Positions 27,918-41,100 are shown, counted from the whole stretch's first letter. The stretch is DNA of 63,889 nucleotides, filler included, from Welwitschia mirabilis (GCA_051453625.1; 7 parts of one record of this genome joined end to end with filler, not necessarily neighbours in it), one strand, 5' to 3'. The notes: generated by a model from the sequence alone, not told the origin. Numbers and translations: made by a program.

Positions 27918-27929
27918 GCTCTATTACCA
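27918..27929 (-). other. Primer-binding site (tRNA-iMet type) of the Tekay element
   Basis: Minus strand TGGTAATAGAGC (canonical TGGTATCAGAGC), 3 nt after the LTR end ...ATATCACA at 27933. Confidence 0.8.
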
Positions 27930-27932
27930 ATT

Positions 27933-29880
27933 TGTGATATTGTCTCTTCTCTTACCTTAATTAAGCACTATATTTTTTTTCTCTTCTCTTTCTTTCTTCT
28001 TTAATATTATTACCTAATAGACACAGTGGAACCTAGGACCAAATTTTAATTATTCCTTTATTAGTATTTCTATATTTTAAGAAAAATAAATCATATTAAT
28101 ATTATATATTTAATTATAATTAATTNNNNNNNNNNNNNNNNNNNNNNNNNNNNNNNNNNNNNNNNNNNNNNNNNNNNNNNNNNNNNNNNNNNNNNNNNNN
28201 NNNNNNNNNNNNNNNNNNNNNNNNNNNNNNNNNNNNNNNNNNNNNNNNNNNNNNNNNNNNNNNNNNNNNNNNNNNNNNNNNNNNNNNNNNNNNNNNNNNN
28301 NNNNNNNNNNNNNNNNNNNNNNNNNNNNNNNNNNNNNNNNNNNNNNNNNNNNNNNNNNNNNNNNNNNNNNNNNNNNNNNNNNNNNNNNNNNNNNNNNNNN
28401 NNNNNNNNNNNNNNNNNNNNNNNNNNNNNNNNNNNNNNNNNNNNNNNNNNNNNNNNNNNNNNNNNNNNNNNNNNNNNNNNNNNNNNNNNNNNNNNNNNNN
28501 NNNNNNNNNNNNNNNNNNNNNNNNNNNNNNNNNNNNNNNNNNNNNNNNNNNNNNNNNNNNNNNNNNNNNNNNNNNNNNNNNNNNNNNNNNNNNNNNNNNN
28601 NNNNNNNNNNNNNNNNNNNNNNNNNNNNNNNNNNNNNNNNNNNNNNNNNNNNNNNNNNNNNNNNNNNNNNNNNNNNNNNNNNNNNNNNNNNNNNNNNNNN
28701 NNNNNNNNNNNNNNNNNNNNNNNNNNNNNNNNNNNNNNNNNNNNNNNNNNNNNNNNNNNNNNNNNNNNNNNNNNNNNNNNNNNTATATTCTAAGAAAAAT
28801 AAATCATATTAATATTATATATTTAATTATAATTAATTTCTAAATTATTTTAGTTTACAAACAATAGCGATGTCATAAGTTTGTTCCTCCATTTCTTCCT
28901 AGTTTTTCATCACGTAAAAAGATATCTTATGAATAGTTAAGAAGATGTAAACTTATTTTATAAAAATACATGGATAAGTCTAAGGATAATACCTAGCCAA
29001 TATAATAAAAGGTTGCAATTCTAATTAATGGCATTCTAACTCGATATTCAAGCACCTCTAAATGTGAATTAGTTCTAATTCAGGTTCTAAATGATACAAA
29101 AATGGCTTTTCTCAACTTCATAGGATTTTAATTCACCTTGATATACCCCTAATATAGGTAACAGATGGTACATGAGGTGGATGCATGCTTACAAATAATC
29201 CCCACTTCCTTGAAGCATTTCTAGATGGTGTAACATGATCCATCGATGCCAAAGGCTTAAGATATTAAGGTAGAAGAAGTTCATACATAGTTAGAATATG
29301 AGAGTGGTGATTATTCTAGAAAGATATTATACAAAAAATGCAATTCAACCCACCTTGATAATAAAATCTAAGTATGGAAATCTTAGAATTATCTTGATTT
29401 AGTCCTATTTGATTTAGGAGAGTGGTGATTATTCTAACTAATGTGAGTATTTAATGGATTATTTACCTAGTTATAATAATTCTAATCATTATTAGGTTCA
29501 TTTTTATAGAAATAACCATAAAACGAAAACAAGCATATAAGAATATCTCTATATTCAAGATTATAATAATAAAAATCTAGATAAAGAAAATATTATTTTC
29601 TTTTATATTTAGATAAAGAAAATATTATTTTTTCTTTGTAATAATAATATGGATATTTAAAATATATTAAATCACATCTTAATAATATACTTAAATAAAG
29701 TAAAATATACTTGGAGCTATATCAATCCTAGAAATATTTTTCTATGCTTATATGATAATCTCCATGGATTAGTGCAAAGAAGGTAAACAATTAAAAAAAA
29801 AGTATATCTTAAGCATAATTGTTAAGATATAAATCTTTATCTAAGATTCATATGGCTATTTTATAAACCAATAAAAAAAG
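27933..29880 (-). mobile_element. Probable 5' LTR of the Tekay element (right boundary unknown)
   Basis: Begins next to the PBS with the CA terminus and is non-coding and AT-rich. No clear match to the short 3' LTR remnant could be made. Confidence 0.5.
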
Positions 29881-29899
29881 TGATAAGATAAAGACTTGT

Positions 29900-31579
29900 T
29901 ATGTTACTTAAACTATTAAAGCAAAGACTCTTTGTTGCACTGTCAATTTATGGTTATTTGATGGGTTTTATGGGTTGTTTTGTAGGACTGTTATACAGGT
30001 TTTAGTTCAATTTTAAGGATTTTGGAGATACAAGAGGAAATCTCAGAAAAGTGCAGATATTATCTAAATTTGACATATTTAAGGCACTTTCTCGTGAATA
30101 AAGCTTTTCATGCAAAAACAGCTAAGTTTCTCCTCAAGAAAGACATTAAAGAAGACCATTATTCCCTCCATCATCCACACGATAGGCAGGACGGCAATTG
30201 CTTATGTGGACCACTGAGTCATANNNNNNNNNNNNNNNNNNNNNNNNNNNNNNNNNNNNNNNNNNNNNNNNNNNNNNNNNNNNNNNNNNNNNNNNNNNNN
30301 NNNNNNNNNNNNNNNNNNNNNNNNNNNNNNNNNNNNNNNNNNNNNNNNNNNNNNNNNNNNNNNNNNNNNNNNNNNNNNNNNNNNNNNNNNNNNNNNNNNN
30401 NNNNNNNNNNNNNNNNNNNNNNNNNNNNNNNNNNNNNNNNNNNNNNNNNNNNNNGTTATCTACTCATATGATGTGTTTTTATGAGCCTATTTTTATGCTT
30501 TTTAGATTTATCTTTTAAAAGTAAATTAGCTTGTAAATATGGTATTTCTTCCTAGTTTTTATCAAGAACTGACAAAGGCTAAGAGGTATGTTGTGCTACA
30601 AATTTATGGTTATTTGATGGGTTTTATAAGTTGTTTTGCAAGATTTTTATATAGGTTTTAATGCAAATCTAAGGATTTTGGATATACAAAAGGAAATCTT
30701 GAAAAAGTGCAATTATTATTCAAATTTGATTCATTTAAGGTAATTTTTAGTGAATAAAGTGTTTCATGACCAAACAGATAAGTTTCTCTTCAAGAAATAC
30801 ATTAAATAAGACCGTGGTTCCCACTGTCATCCATACGATAGGCAGGATGATAACTGCTTATGTGGATAGCTGATTCATACTTTTTGAGATATTTTATAAC
30901 AATCTATAGGCCCCCTAGTCATTTGGACGTCCAGATGACACTAACATATAACTGTTACTGACAGATTCTCTCAGTTGTTTCATCTATTTTTTAGTGCTTA
31001 ATGAGTATGCATAACTACACCTTCTATCTATCCATTTCTATTGTATTTCCTATAAATAATTCCCCCCTTCTACTCTTCTTCCTATCTTAGATGCATCAGA
31101 GATTCTCGTGACAGGAGAGCGAAGGGCAAATAATCTATCTTGAGAGTTACAGAAAGATGAGCACTTAGTAGAGGAATGAGTATCTTCTATTGAGACTCGG
31201 CTATTTTGTAATCCAGATACTTATTATCATTTTAATATAAATCTTGGTTTTATTTTATGTTTGCATTGTAGGATTTCTTATATCCCTTATAGTCTAATGT
31301 TGTCCAACATCTAGTGATAATTTCTTGGGTGATATAGATTATCAAGGACATCTCTTGTTAGGGCTAAAGAACAAAGTAGGGTTAGGATCATTTTGCATTG
31401 CATATTAGATTAGATTGCATCTTGCACTTTGCATGGTAGTTTAATTTCCTACATTGTTATTCATTATTTCTGATTCCCAAGATTATTTGCAAAAGCAACC
31501 TAAGTCCCTTACAGATAGACCTTAATAAGATATGACATTTGGGTCACTCCCACTATATTAGCGTGATGTATTATGCACA
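29900..31579 (+). mobile_element. Athila-type LTR sequence: partial copy (~29900-30222) followed by a longer copy (~30470-31579)
   Basis: AATTTATGGTTATTTGATGGGTTTTAT..AAGGATTTTGGA.ATACAA.AGGAAATCT..GATAGGCAGGA..TGCTTATGTGGA is repeated at about 655 bp spacing. TATAAATA at ~31051. The end matches the 14050-15142 LTR. Confidence 0.75.
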
Positions 31580-33014
31580 AAATATATTTTAATTATTAAT
31601 GAGAAAATCTATTTAAATGTAAAAGCATGCATAAATACACACTGCAAAACTCTTACAAGCATACACATTCAAAGTAAGATAAAGACAAAAGGTAAAAGAG
31701 GTATTTCTATAAATAAAATACTATCTATAGATAATTTAACTTAAAGTTAATAATAGAAACATATCTTATATACTAAAATTACCTATAAAATTTTATGTAA
31801 TAATTTTTTTATAATTTAAAACACTAATTATAACATTTTTTGCCTCTAAGGAAACATCATAGTCAAAAATTAATAATTAATTATAAAACAAAAAAATTAT
31901 AGTAGTTTTTCAGAAACTAAACACATAATAGTATCCTTAAAATCTAACTTAGATTATCTTAATATTCTAAAATATTATTTCTAAAGTTACCATTTAAGGT
32001 TAAAAACTATAAATTTTCTAAAATTACAGTTCCACAACACTATCCTAAAATGACCATAAATTTCAAAATACTTTAATTTTTTAAATGATTCAAGATTTTT
32101 TGTATATCTTATTCAATTTCCTGTAACTTAGAATGTTTAAGTTTGTAGATATCTTAATAGATAGTTATAAAAATGTAAATTACTTACTTACTAGTTTTTG
32201 CATTTTTTCCTAGTGTACTTATAAGTACCCATTACAAAAATTATTGTTTTTACATTTTCATGTTTATAACACAATCCTAGACTTACAAAAAAATTTCACT
32301 AATTTATACCCACTAATTAATAAGACATAATATTTTTATTCTATGCCTCTATTCTATAAATTTAACTTTTGCAATAATAAAAATATGATAAATTTTTCAT
32401 AATGAGTTAAAAATTAATGTAAATCATTAAAATAAGGGATATACTAACTAATTACTTATAGAAATAAAAATAAATTATAGAAAAAAATGATTGTAGAAAG
32501 AAAAATCAAATCAATTCAAAAACATCCATTTACTATAAGCATTGGAATTTTAATGAAAGAGTACTAGCCTAAAAGGATTTTTAAGGATTAGAATTTGCCC
32601 CAAATAAGTTGGTTCTAATGCATGATAAATAAAAAATATAATATTAAATAAACATTATCACTCAAATTTCCTCTTTCTTTTTTCATAGTGAACCCCCTAG
32701 GCACTTGATCACAATCATCCATTGGTAATCCTTTACCATTAAGTACAAGAGCCCCTCATATCTTATTATCATGTTTTGGTAAGAGCCAATGGGAGGGAAT
32801 AATAGTTTGTAGCATAATTACATAAAATCCATAAATAATTCCATAATGCAACATCACATCATTCTAATAGAAAAAAGAAATCATATTAATAATAAAAGTA
32901 AATTTCTTAGTTGAAAGGATCAGTAAGACCTTAATAGTTAAAGATCAATGAAGATTAAAACTCAAGAGTGCCATAGAACCAAGCTTCTAAGATCAAACCT
33001 CCACAAGTAAGAGA

Positions 33015-33015
<1 letters not shown>

Positions 33016-33081
<66 letters not shown>
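33016..33081. repeat. (TG)n microsatellite running into a gap
   Basis: Perfect TG run terminating the contig. Confidence 0.97.
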
Positions 33082-34995
33082 NNNNNNNNNNNNNNNNNNN
33101 NNNNNNNNNNNNNNNNNNNNNNNNNTTAATTAATTAANNNNNNNNNNNNNNNNNNNNNNNNNNNNNNNNNNNNNNNNNNNNTTTACAATATAAATAATAT
33201 ATTTGGCTTCACATATCAACAAAATGATCTGCATAACCAACATTGGAACGAATATTCTACATGTGTATGAAACCATCACAGCCAATCATGAGCACCTTTA
33301 GATGACAAACTAAAATATTACCAACATCTGCTTTTATGTCTTCTGAAAAGAAAAGCATCTGAAAACAACAATTGGAAACTTTGAAAGCTTCACAAATTCC
33401 ACCATGAAAAAATGCCAATATAACAGATTTTTATTGCAGCACTATGCTTGCAGTGATTTACTAGCTGCATAAACTTTTATTTGCAAATGAGTTACAACAC
33501 TACCACATGTTAAATGTCACTATAGCATTAAAACTTTGAATGGCAGATGTTAGCTTTGTCTTCTCAGATGTGTATCTCATTGGAAATAAAATGCTGATGA
33601 ATGTACATATAACCTCTTCAAATATCATCTCACATGGCTTTGCTTGCTCTTGGATGTGTTTTTCCTTTTTCTCTCATGAGGATTTTCCATCTAAATGTAT
33701 CTGTATTCCATTATAGTGTAGTTAAGCTTGTGATTGCTTTGTCTCTGTCTCTCCCCTTTTTGGGGCTTTTCTTTGCACTAATTTCTTTTTTCATGGTAGC
33801 ACTAGATTTCATTCAAACACTAGTATAGGATACTAGAAGAGCTGGAAATTAAATGAGAACCCACAAAAAAGAAATGTGCATACGAGGATGACAAATATGA
33901 TGATTTTACATGGTATAACGAGAAAACTTTTCCATTTTGGATCATTTGAAGTCTTGTAAAGGCTCATGATTAAAACATATGGTTGGACGCTTTTTACAAT
34001 CTGTATGTAAGATTAATTTTAAAATATCTATAATGTGGTGCTGTAAGTCATGACCGAATGAACACCTTGGCCTCCACCTGTATCCAGTCCAACCATTAAA
34101 ATTTTTCATACAAAACCATCAAAATCTTAACACTCAGCCACTTGTATAAATACCCTTCTAAACCCATTATTTAAAATCTAATGCCAGCCTAATGCCAGCT
34201 TAGAGCTAACCTTTAAGAAAAGTCTGGACTTCAACATCTTTTAACTCTTCCTAGCACCCTATCATACAATTTTGAGCATTGTCAAAGCTCAAATCCAAGT
34301 GCTTTCATCAATCCTTAGCCTCTTTAATTAATGTCCAGGGACATGCAGGAGCTCATTGTATCTATGGTTCTGATATTTGGCTAATAAAAGAATATTTTCT
34401 TTTAATAACCAAGTCCATCCCTGTTTTGCATTTCTGGGTATTTAGGGATTAGTTCTGCATTTCCTTGGTCATGATGATCACTTTTCTGAAGGATATCCGA
34501 TATTTCAACATTTTGTTATAAGACTCAATCAAGCCTATTCTACTTCAGAACCCTAGGTTATTGTTATTCTCTCATGGGAGTAGAAGGATATCCATCCCCA
34601 CACTGTACATGAAATTTCCTTTTAGTGCATCCTTTTAAACTGTATTGCAATCCTCCATAGAGTTCACCATATACTGTAACTGTACAACATAACAATATAA
34701 CACAGGGTAGCTTTCATGAACAGTGAAAAAGGGACAAGTCAAGAACACATTATTAGTGGACACACATGACTTTCGGCCATTTATCTATTGTTTACAAAAT
34801 TGTATTGAAAGCAATGATGGTCATAGTATATGGGAAATTGGTATTCAGCTCATTCTGTTTATGACTGAAGTGACCAACTAAGTATTGTAAGCAATAAAAG
34901 TAATGCTCTGATCCTTGGCATCATAACTTGAGTATTTTGAGCAATAATGACTGCACAATGTTCGTGATCACTGATGTATGCTTTTTTGTCTTCAG

Positions 34996-35161
34996 TGTTT
35001 TCTGTGTTTCTTCATTTGGACACACAACAACTAACAAGACAAGCAGTCGATAGCTTTTGGTCTCATTTGAATTGCTGATCTCTTCTTTCCAAGCTCATAC
35101 TTTCTTCTTTAAAATTTCCCTTTCACTTATATTTTCAGTGACTACTGGACACAGGGCAAAG
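34996..35161 (+). CDS. Candidate pair of short host exons (34996-35059, 35139-35161) with a 79-nt intron; product unidentified
   Basis: Both exons are preceded by pyrimidine-rich ..TTCAG acceptors. Donors are TG|GTCTCA (weak) and AAG|GTTTTG. The spliced frame is open: FSVFLHLDTQQLTRQAVDSFCDYWTQGK. Confidence 0.35.
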
Positions 35162-35716
35162 GTTTTGCTCTAATTTCAGTTACAGTTATTTCCTGCTATT
35201 TGTCTTGACCAATTTATGTAAATGGTACAAGTGTGTCCATTCCTTGAAGCAGCCTGAAACCCTTTTTCCAGTTTGTTTGTTCACATGTGTGATCTCACAT
35301 ATGTGAAGTCGCACACTTGATATAGCACCTAAGTCCTCCATAGCTGGGTAAATGAATGATCACCTTATTTTGTATTGAAGGATCCATTTGCAATGGGAAC
35401 AAGACATCCAAACAGGAAGAAAACACTATCAAAATCTGCATTGAATGTCCAGAGCAGTGATAGAGATTAGTGGAAGCAAATCTATATATTTACTTTTTGA
35501 AAAAGTTAATTCATGGAAAATCGTATTGCACTCACCAAAGTCATTTGTTTGCTTGGCTGGATGAAATTTTTTTTGTTTTTATACCTTTCTTATTTATTTT
35601 GAAGTCGTAACACTTTGCATGTTGCATGAGTAAGCTTTATATAAGTCACTTTGGGTAGATAGGGTGCTTTATTATAAGTATATTTAAGAACATGTGCCTG
35701 AAATAAAATTAGATTT

Positions 35717-36687
35717 CTTCTGGGGTTTGTAATCTTGTCTACCTAAGCCTGCTTCTGAGTTTATTGTCATGAAGGCATGAGCAGGAGAGTGATTGGTCTC
35801 CACTATAAGGCTTATTGTTTGGAAACCTTAGCTTGCATTGTTGTTTTTTACTTGCATCTCACCCTTGGTTAATTGAAGATCATTGTCTATGATGCCTTTT
35901 TGTAATTTTCCTTTTTTCCCCTCTTCTCTACACATGCATTAGTAAGTCTCTATTGATTGTCAAATCACTAGGATCTACTTTCGTTGCATGTTTTTTTAAT
36001 ACGATTGGCATCAAAGGATGGTTTTTGCTTGGTCTCGAGTTGAATCTCTTATGTGCCCCCTAGTCCATGCAAGCACTTGTTCTGTGGATTGAGGGGTGGA
36101 GTCTTTGGTATGTGCTCCCCATGCCTGACCCAACAAGTGGGTTTATGGATGGGTTCTAGTTTCAACTATGCTCATGGCTTTTGGTGTGACGGTAATGGGC
36201 CTAACAATTGGTATCCAAGTATGGTTTTGGCTCAGTCTATGGTATTCTAGGGTTTGTAATCCTATCTATAAAAGCATCTCCACTATAAGAGTTATTGTTT
36301 GGAAACCCTAGCTTCAGGTGTTGGTCTTGACATGTAATCTCTATTTTTGGTTAGTTGAGGATCATTGCATGTCCTGCTTTCCTATAATTTTTGTTTTCGC
36401 GTTGTCTAGATCTGCAATGCTGTTTCTTAGTTGATGGGGACATCATTGTTATCCACTTTTTGCTGCATGTTTTTTTATAACAATTAGCATTTTATGCTGA
36501 TTTATTGGTAGTTTTGGGTTCTTATCTTTCTAGTGCCTCTCCAGTCGATTTGAGCACTTGGTTTGTGGATCAAAGGGGAGATTATTGAGTATGCACTCCC
36601 CATGCCCAACCCAACGAGCCAATTTATCTATGTGTTCTGGTTTCCACAACAATACTACCTTTTGATGTGATTGTGACAGGCCCAACA
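35717..36687 (+). repeat. Two tandem diverged LTR-like copies (~35717-36206, ~36245-36687) with a PBS-like motif between them
   Basis: Shared CTCCACTATAAG..TTATTGTTTGGAAACC.TAGCTT and AGCACTTG...TGTGGAT..CTCCCCATGCC..ACCCAAC. Both copies end GGCC.AACA. TGGTATC at 36209 follows the first copy. Confidence 0.7.
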
Positions 36688-37373
36688 AGTACCATTGTCC
36701 CCTCTTTTGGAGCTCAAATCCCACTTGGCTTAGGCACGCGCACACACACATGGCTTTTTTGTAATAACACTTTATACTTTGAGTCTACTTCTAGGTGTAT
36801 ACTATTTGATTTAAGACTACTGTATTTCAAGCTTTCTCTATATTAGGCACAAAAATTATGTTTTGTATGATAAGTCAATCACATTACATTTGCATAAATT
36901 GAATGTCTATTGCAACCATTCTCCTGGTTGTCTTTCTTTTATTATTATTGTTTTTAAAAGAAAGAAAATGAATAATAAATGTTATTTGAAGATATACAAA
37001 ATTTTCAAGGCCCTCAAAAGAACAAAAACTATGTACTAACACACCTGAACAACTCACATACTGGGATATAAGGGGAAAGCAAACAGGAAGGATCACTGGA
37101 GAAGCAGGCGGCAACAGGCTAGAGTACTTCCAAAAACAGTAAGAGCAAGAGTAAACAAAGCAAATAGTTCAAAGAAAACGGGGAAGAAATAGATGAGTTT
37201 TTTTTGTTTTACAACCAAGTGAACTTCCTTCATTGCTTGTCACCGACCCAGGCATGCTTGCAGGTGAATTTGCACGCACAGAGAGCTCCCCATTCATCTG
37301 TCTTTAGACATTGCATTTTGCGCTCTGCGTGTATTGTTGACCACAGCTGGCTGGGGAAAAGCTTCTTTAAATT

Positions 37374-37483
37374 TTAATGCATCTCCACAGTTAGAAATCT
37401 GTAACTGCTGGAATCATGTGCAAAAGCATCTGGACCATATACAGATCTCCATCCCTGGATCTCAATGCCTGTGACAAAAATAC
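37374..37483 (-). CDS. Candidate terminal exon of an unidentified gene
   Basis: Acceptor TTTTTTATCAACAG, then an open frame (G)IFVTGIEIQGWRSVYGPDAFAHDSSSYRFLTVEMH*. Locally more GC-rich than the flanks. Other frames are also open, so this is ambiguous. Confidence 0.25.
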
Positions 37484-39849
37484 CTGTTGATAAAAAATCA
37501 TACATGCAGATACGGTGATCGTTTGGTATTCATGAATCTAAAGTGGATTCCATGTAACACTTTTTTTCTCCCAGATTAGGCATAAAATAGTCTATAATCA
37601 AATGATGCAAGTCTCCTATGGCTGCCACATTCTCCAAAGATGGCCTAGTGAGAACCTCTTATTATTTGGCTTGAAGCCATCCCAAGCATTTAAAATATGT
37701 CTCGTTAATCTAGGATCAACACCTTTAATCTGCAGCATGGCTTCATTCTTCTCCTTTTAAATGTGCTTCATTGGAGTTTCTTTTTGGTGTCAACATCCTC
37801 TGTTGCCTCTTTTCTTCCTACTGCCATAGCTGGAGCTAAAGGGCACCAATTTACAAAAAATCTGCTGGAAGCTACAATTCCAATTTCTTATCTAAATTTC
37901 CCCTTGAAACACTGCTGATTTCTTTCTGATCATAATGCCCACCAAATCTCTGCTATTAGATTACTAACTATAATTCTTGTAAGGTTACCAAATGTCCCTG
38001 TGCTTTGATTGATGGACTTAACATCATTAGTGAAAGGACAAGAGCCCAGAAAATAAATACGTCCTCTATACTTCATTTTGAATGTCCAAAGCATTGCCAT
38101 GTTTAAGCAGTTACTCTTCCAAACCAAAGGTGTCATCTTGGCTCAAGCCAAGGCTGTGTTTAAACAATTGCAAGCTGAGCCCTAAGTATGGGAATAACTA
38201 CACATGAAACTGCACATGCACAATCTTGCTAGTTGGACACTTTTGATGATGTAGGGAATGACTTGAAATGCATGTTGTAAGGGTGTGGAATGAGAAGATA
38301 GCTACAAAGGCAACATGCATTCATTCTGCACACAAAATAGGAATAGACAAAATTTTGGTTACCATCTCGAAAGACATAATATCAAGTTGTAAGTTTAAAC
38401 TTGATCTAGAAATTTGACACTTTGGAAAAGAATAGCAACATATACTGTTACAAATCAAACAACAAGAAATTACTTGAACAAGAATGGAACAGCAGGCATA
38501 CAAAAGAAAACAACACAGAATTTACNNNNNNNNNNNNNNNNNNNNNNNNNNNNNNNNNNNNNNNNNNNNTTAATTAATTAANNNNNNNNNNNNNNNNNNN
38601 NNNNNNNNNNNNNNNNNNNNNNNNNTCTATAAGAGGTGTTTGTGCTTTAGGACCCCAAGATTTGCTCTGCAGTAGTGAACTGAGTTGACAACAGATTCCT
38701 ATACCAACCTGGGAATGGTGATGTGACTTATCATCAAGCCTTTGCAAATGTAGGCAATGTGGACTTGTGAGACATGCTTTGAGGTCTCATCCAAAATGAA
38801 ATTTTCCTTAATTGGCATTGCACTGTCTCTTCAGTTAGGAGTAAGGTAGTTCTCTCTATATTTATGCTGGCCTACCCTATGGGGATTAGAGTGAAACAGT
38901 GATATGAAAGTGCTCTGCATAATTAGCGTAGGCTAAATAAGTAACGACATCAACCTCTGTACGGGTACCCAAGAAGTGAACAAAGTGATTAGTGAGCAGT
39001 CCTTTTTTTTCTCCTTTGAGCATACAAGCTCTATGGTGCCTTTTAAAAGAATCTTGTATGCCAAAGGAGGCTTAGCTGCCCTAAAATATTAATGATAAGC
39101 CGGCCAGCATTTTCAAAATGTCATCTAGAATGGGGATGGAGTGCCTCTGCTTAACATTGGGTACGGAGCAAGAACTCTTTCTCTTGAAAAGGAAGAATGA
39201 ACACATTAAGATTGTTTGGTCTAATTTTCTCTCTTCAAAAGGACTCTCATGTAAGGCTGATTTAGAAGATATCTAAATAAGGGGTATGTTACTGGAGATT
39301 CATATGTATTTGTCCTCCTTTTGAATGTTTTGGTACTTTCTAGGCCTTTTCTGAAGACTGAATGTGTGTTCATCCACCAAGCTTCTATTCAAAAGAGAGA
39401 GATTAGCCTCACCCACCTTCTTATTTCTATTCATTTTTTAAGTTGGAGTAATGGAGATAAGGGCATTCCAAAAGGAAGAGCCTTTAGGTAAGGCCGAGCC
39501 AAAATCTAAAATTTTGCTTATTCATATGTCTTTTTGATAATTTTGACCAACAGGATGTCTGCACTGTTTTGAACGTCTGTATCAGCTTACTCAAGACCTG
39601 TTTCTTCCATTACAGTATTGTCTTGACAGAATAAATCACAGTTTTTTTGACCAAGCATGTAAGTTTCTCAATTCTAACAAAGTTACAAGTCAAAAGAGTG
39701 ATAATGGTGGCATGTTCACACTAGAACCGCTATTGGTCTAAGATGGCCAGAGAAGATGAAGTGTTTGATTACATTGCTAAGGGGCTGAAACACAGATTTA
39801 AATAAATAAATAAAAAGACTTTATGAAATTTTCTAAAGAAACTAAGAGA

Positions 39850-41100
39850 TTGATGCATGAAAGAAAGGTGGAGAATAGGAATAATTTTTGGGGTTACCCA
39901 AATAGCCGAAGTCACTTACCTGTTCTTGCATTGACAAATCTGAAGGTACACAGAGGGTTTTCTTTGCATTATGGAAGACAAAGCAGAGTTATTTGCTGTG
40001 GTGTGCCCCAATTCTTTTTGTGAGACGAAAGTGGTGGAATGCTAAGATTATGCATTGGTTACAGAGGACGAAATAAATTGGGAGCAAATAATGGGTATCA
40101 TCTGAAGATGATTATCCACCTACTAATCAACTTATGAGAGCAAAGTGGTTGCTATGTTCTATCCACTCATAGTGTATCGCTGAATAAGAATTTATAAAAG
40201 ATGGCACATAAGAAAGCCTTTCGGGTTGATTATGATCAACCTTTTTGGTCTCGTAAATGCTCTTACACCCCTCGTTACCCTCAGAGACTACATGTTCAGG
40301 AAGAAAACTTGATCATCTTGTGTTTGTCTCTTCTGAAATTATCTAAAATGACTGAGGAATGAACTTAACACATGAAAACAGTACTTGGCATTTCAATGGA
40401 AAAATGATTTCAAGTGAAATTGAAGAATTGTCATTTCAAAATGAAGAGAATGGTTTATGTAGGACATGTTACCTGAAAAGGAATGGCCCTAGACCTGTAT
40501 TAGGTGCAAGAAATTTAAGAATGACCAACTCTGAAAAATGCAGTGGACATAAAATGTTTGTTTGGGCTTGCAGCCTTATAATTTTTTGCTTTTTCTTTTT
40601 AAAAAGAGTTTCTCCTCCATTGAAGTTCCCCTCACAAGATTTGACAAAGGAATGGAATCACTTTGTCTTTTATGAAGCTTGTCAGTAGGTTTTGGATTCA
40701 AACAAAAAGAAATTCACAATAGCATTCATATTGACAGCATGAGACCATAAAAACCCTCTGAATGGTCACTCATGTCCATGGCAAAGGAATGGAACTAATC
40801 CTTATCCATGAATCAAAAAAACTGAGGAAGCACAAGAAAACTACTGTCACAGAAATATAGAGTTGACAATACTTAATGTGCTACAATGCAAGATTATTTT
40901 TCTGGAAAAAAGCTATTGCTAAGAAAGATCACCAAGAATTGCAGATTTCACAAGGCAAGTGTTGCATAGTATTTGTCAAAGACGTTGGATTGAATGAGCG
41001 TCTGTGTATAACAATGTAACACTAATCTTTGCTAAATGCTTCATGAAGGAAAACAAGGGAGTTATGCATTGTAACTGCACACGGGCTAACCTTTTGATCC
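39850..41100 (+). pseudogene. Very old Ty3/gypsy RT-RNase H remnant
   Basis: GVPQFF..GGMLRLCIGYRGRNKL..NGYHL (~40000-40105) resembles [41 protein letters not shown] (~40460-40497) and FGLAA (~40560) match RT thumb motifs. Confidence 0.7.

Larger units (their letters stand above)
15200..27932 (-). mobile_element. Tekay/Del-type chromovirus (Ty3/gypsy): internal region plus partial 3' LTR, interrupted by a Sirevirus
   Basis: PBS 27918-27929; gag (ORF 26457-26777, YKLQGEAKIWW); degenerate zinc knuckle ~25935-25977; protease ILFNYKAIH*FI (~19390-19425); [43 protein letters not shown] (~18640-18770); RNase H ~17700-18000; integrase (QMAPFESLYDRKYRSP; ERVGSIAYKL); chromodomain-like VKIKLSNHSLDKTT*ELEETM (~15840-15905); PPT 15733-15745, then the LTR start TGTCATATCCC. 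The far ends of both LTRs are not resolved. Confidence 0.92.

Noticed and set aside
28071..28838. Direct repeat flanking the 28126-28782 gap
   Set aside because: Same contig-overlap pattern as the other gap-flanking repeats.
31526..31537. AAGATATGACA as the far end of the Tekay 5' LTR (cf. GGGATATGACA at 15722-15732)
   Set aside because: It aligns with the interior of the Athila-type LTR terminus (cf. 15092-15102), and the upstream sequence does not match the Tekay 3' LTR.
37270..37320. GAGAGCTCCC as a miR159/319 precursor arm
   Set aside because: Only a short core matches. No mature TTGGA(C/T)TGAAGGGAGCTC sequence or fold-back partner is nearby.
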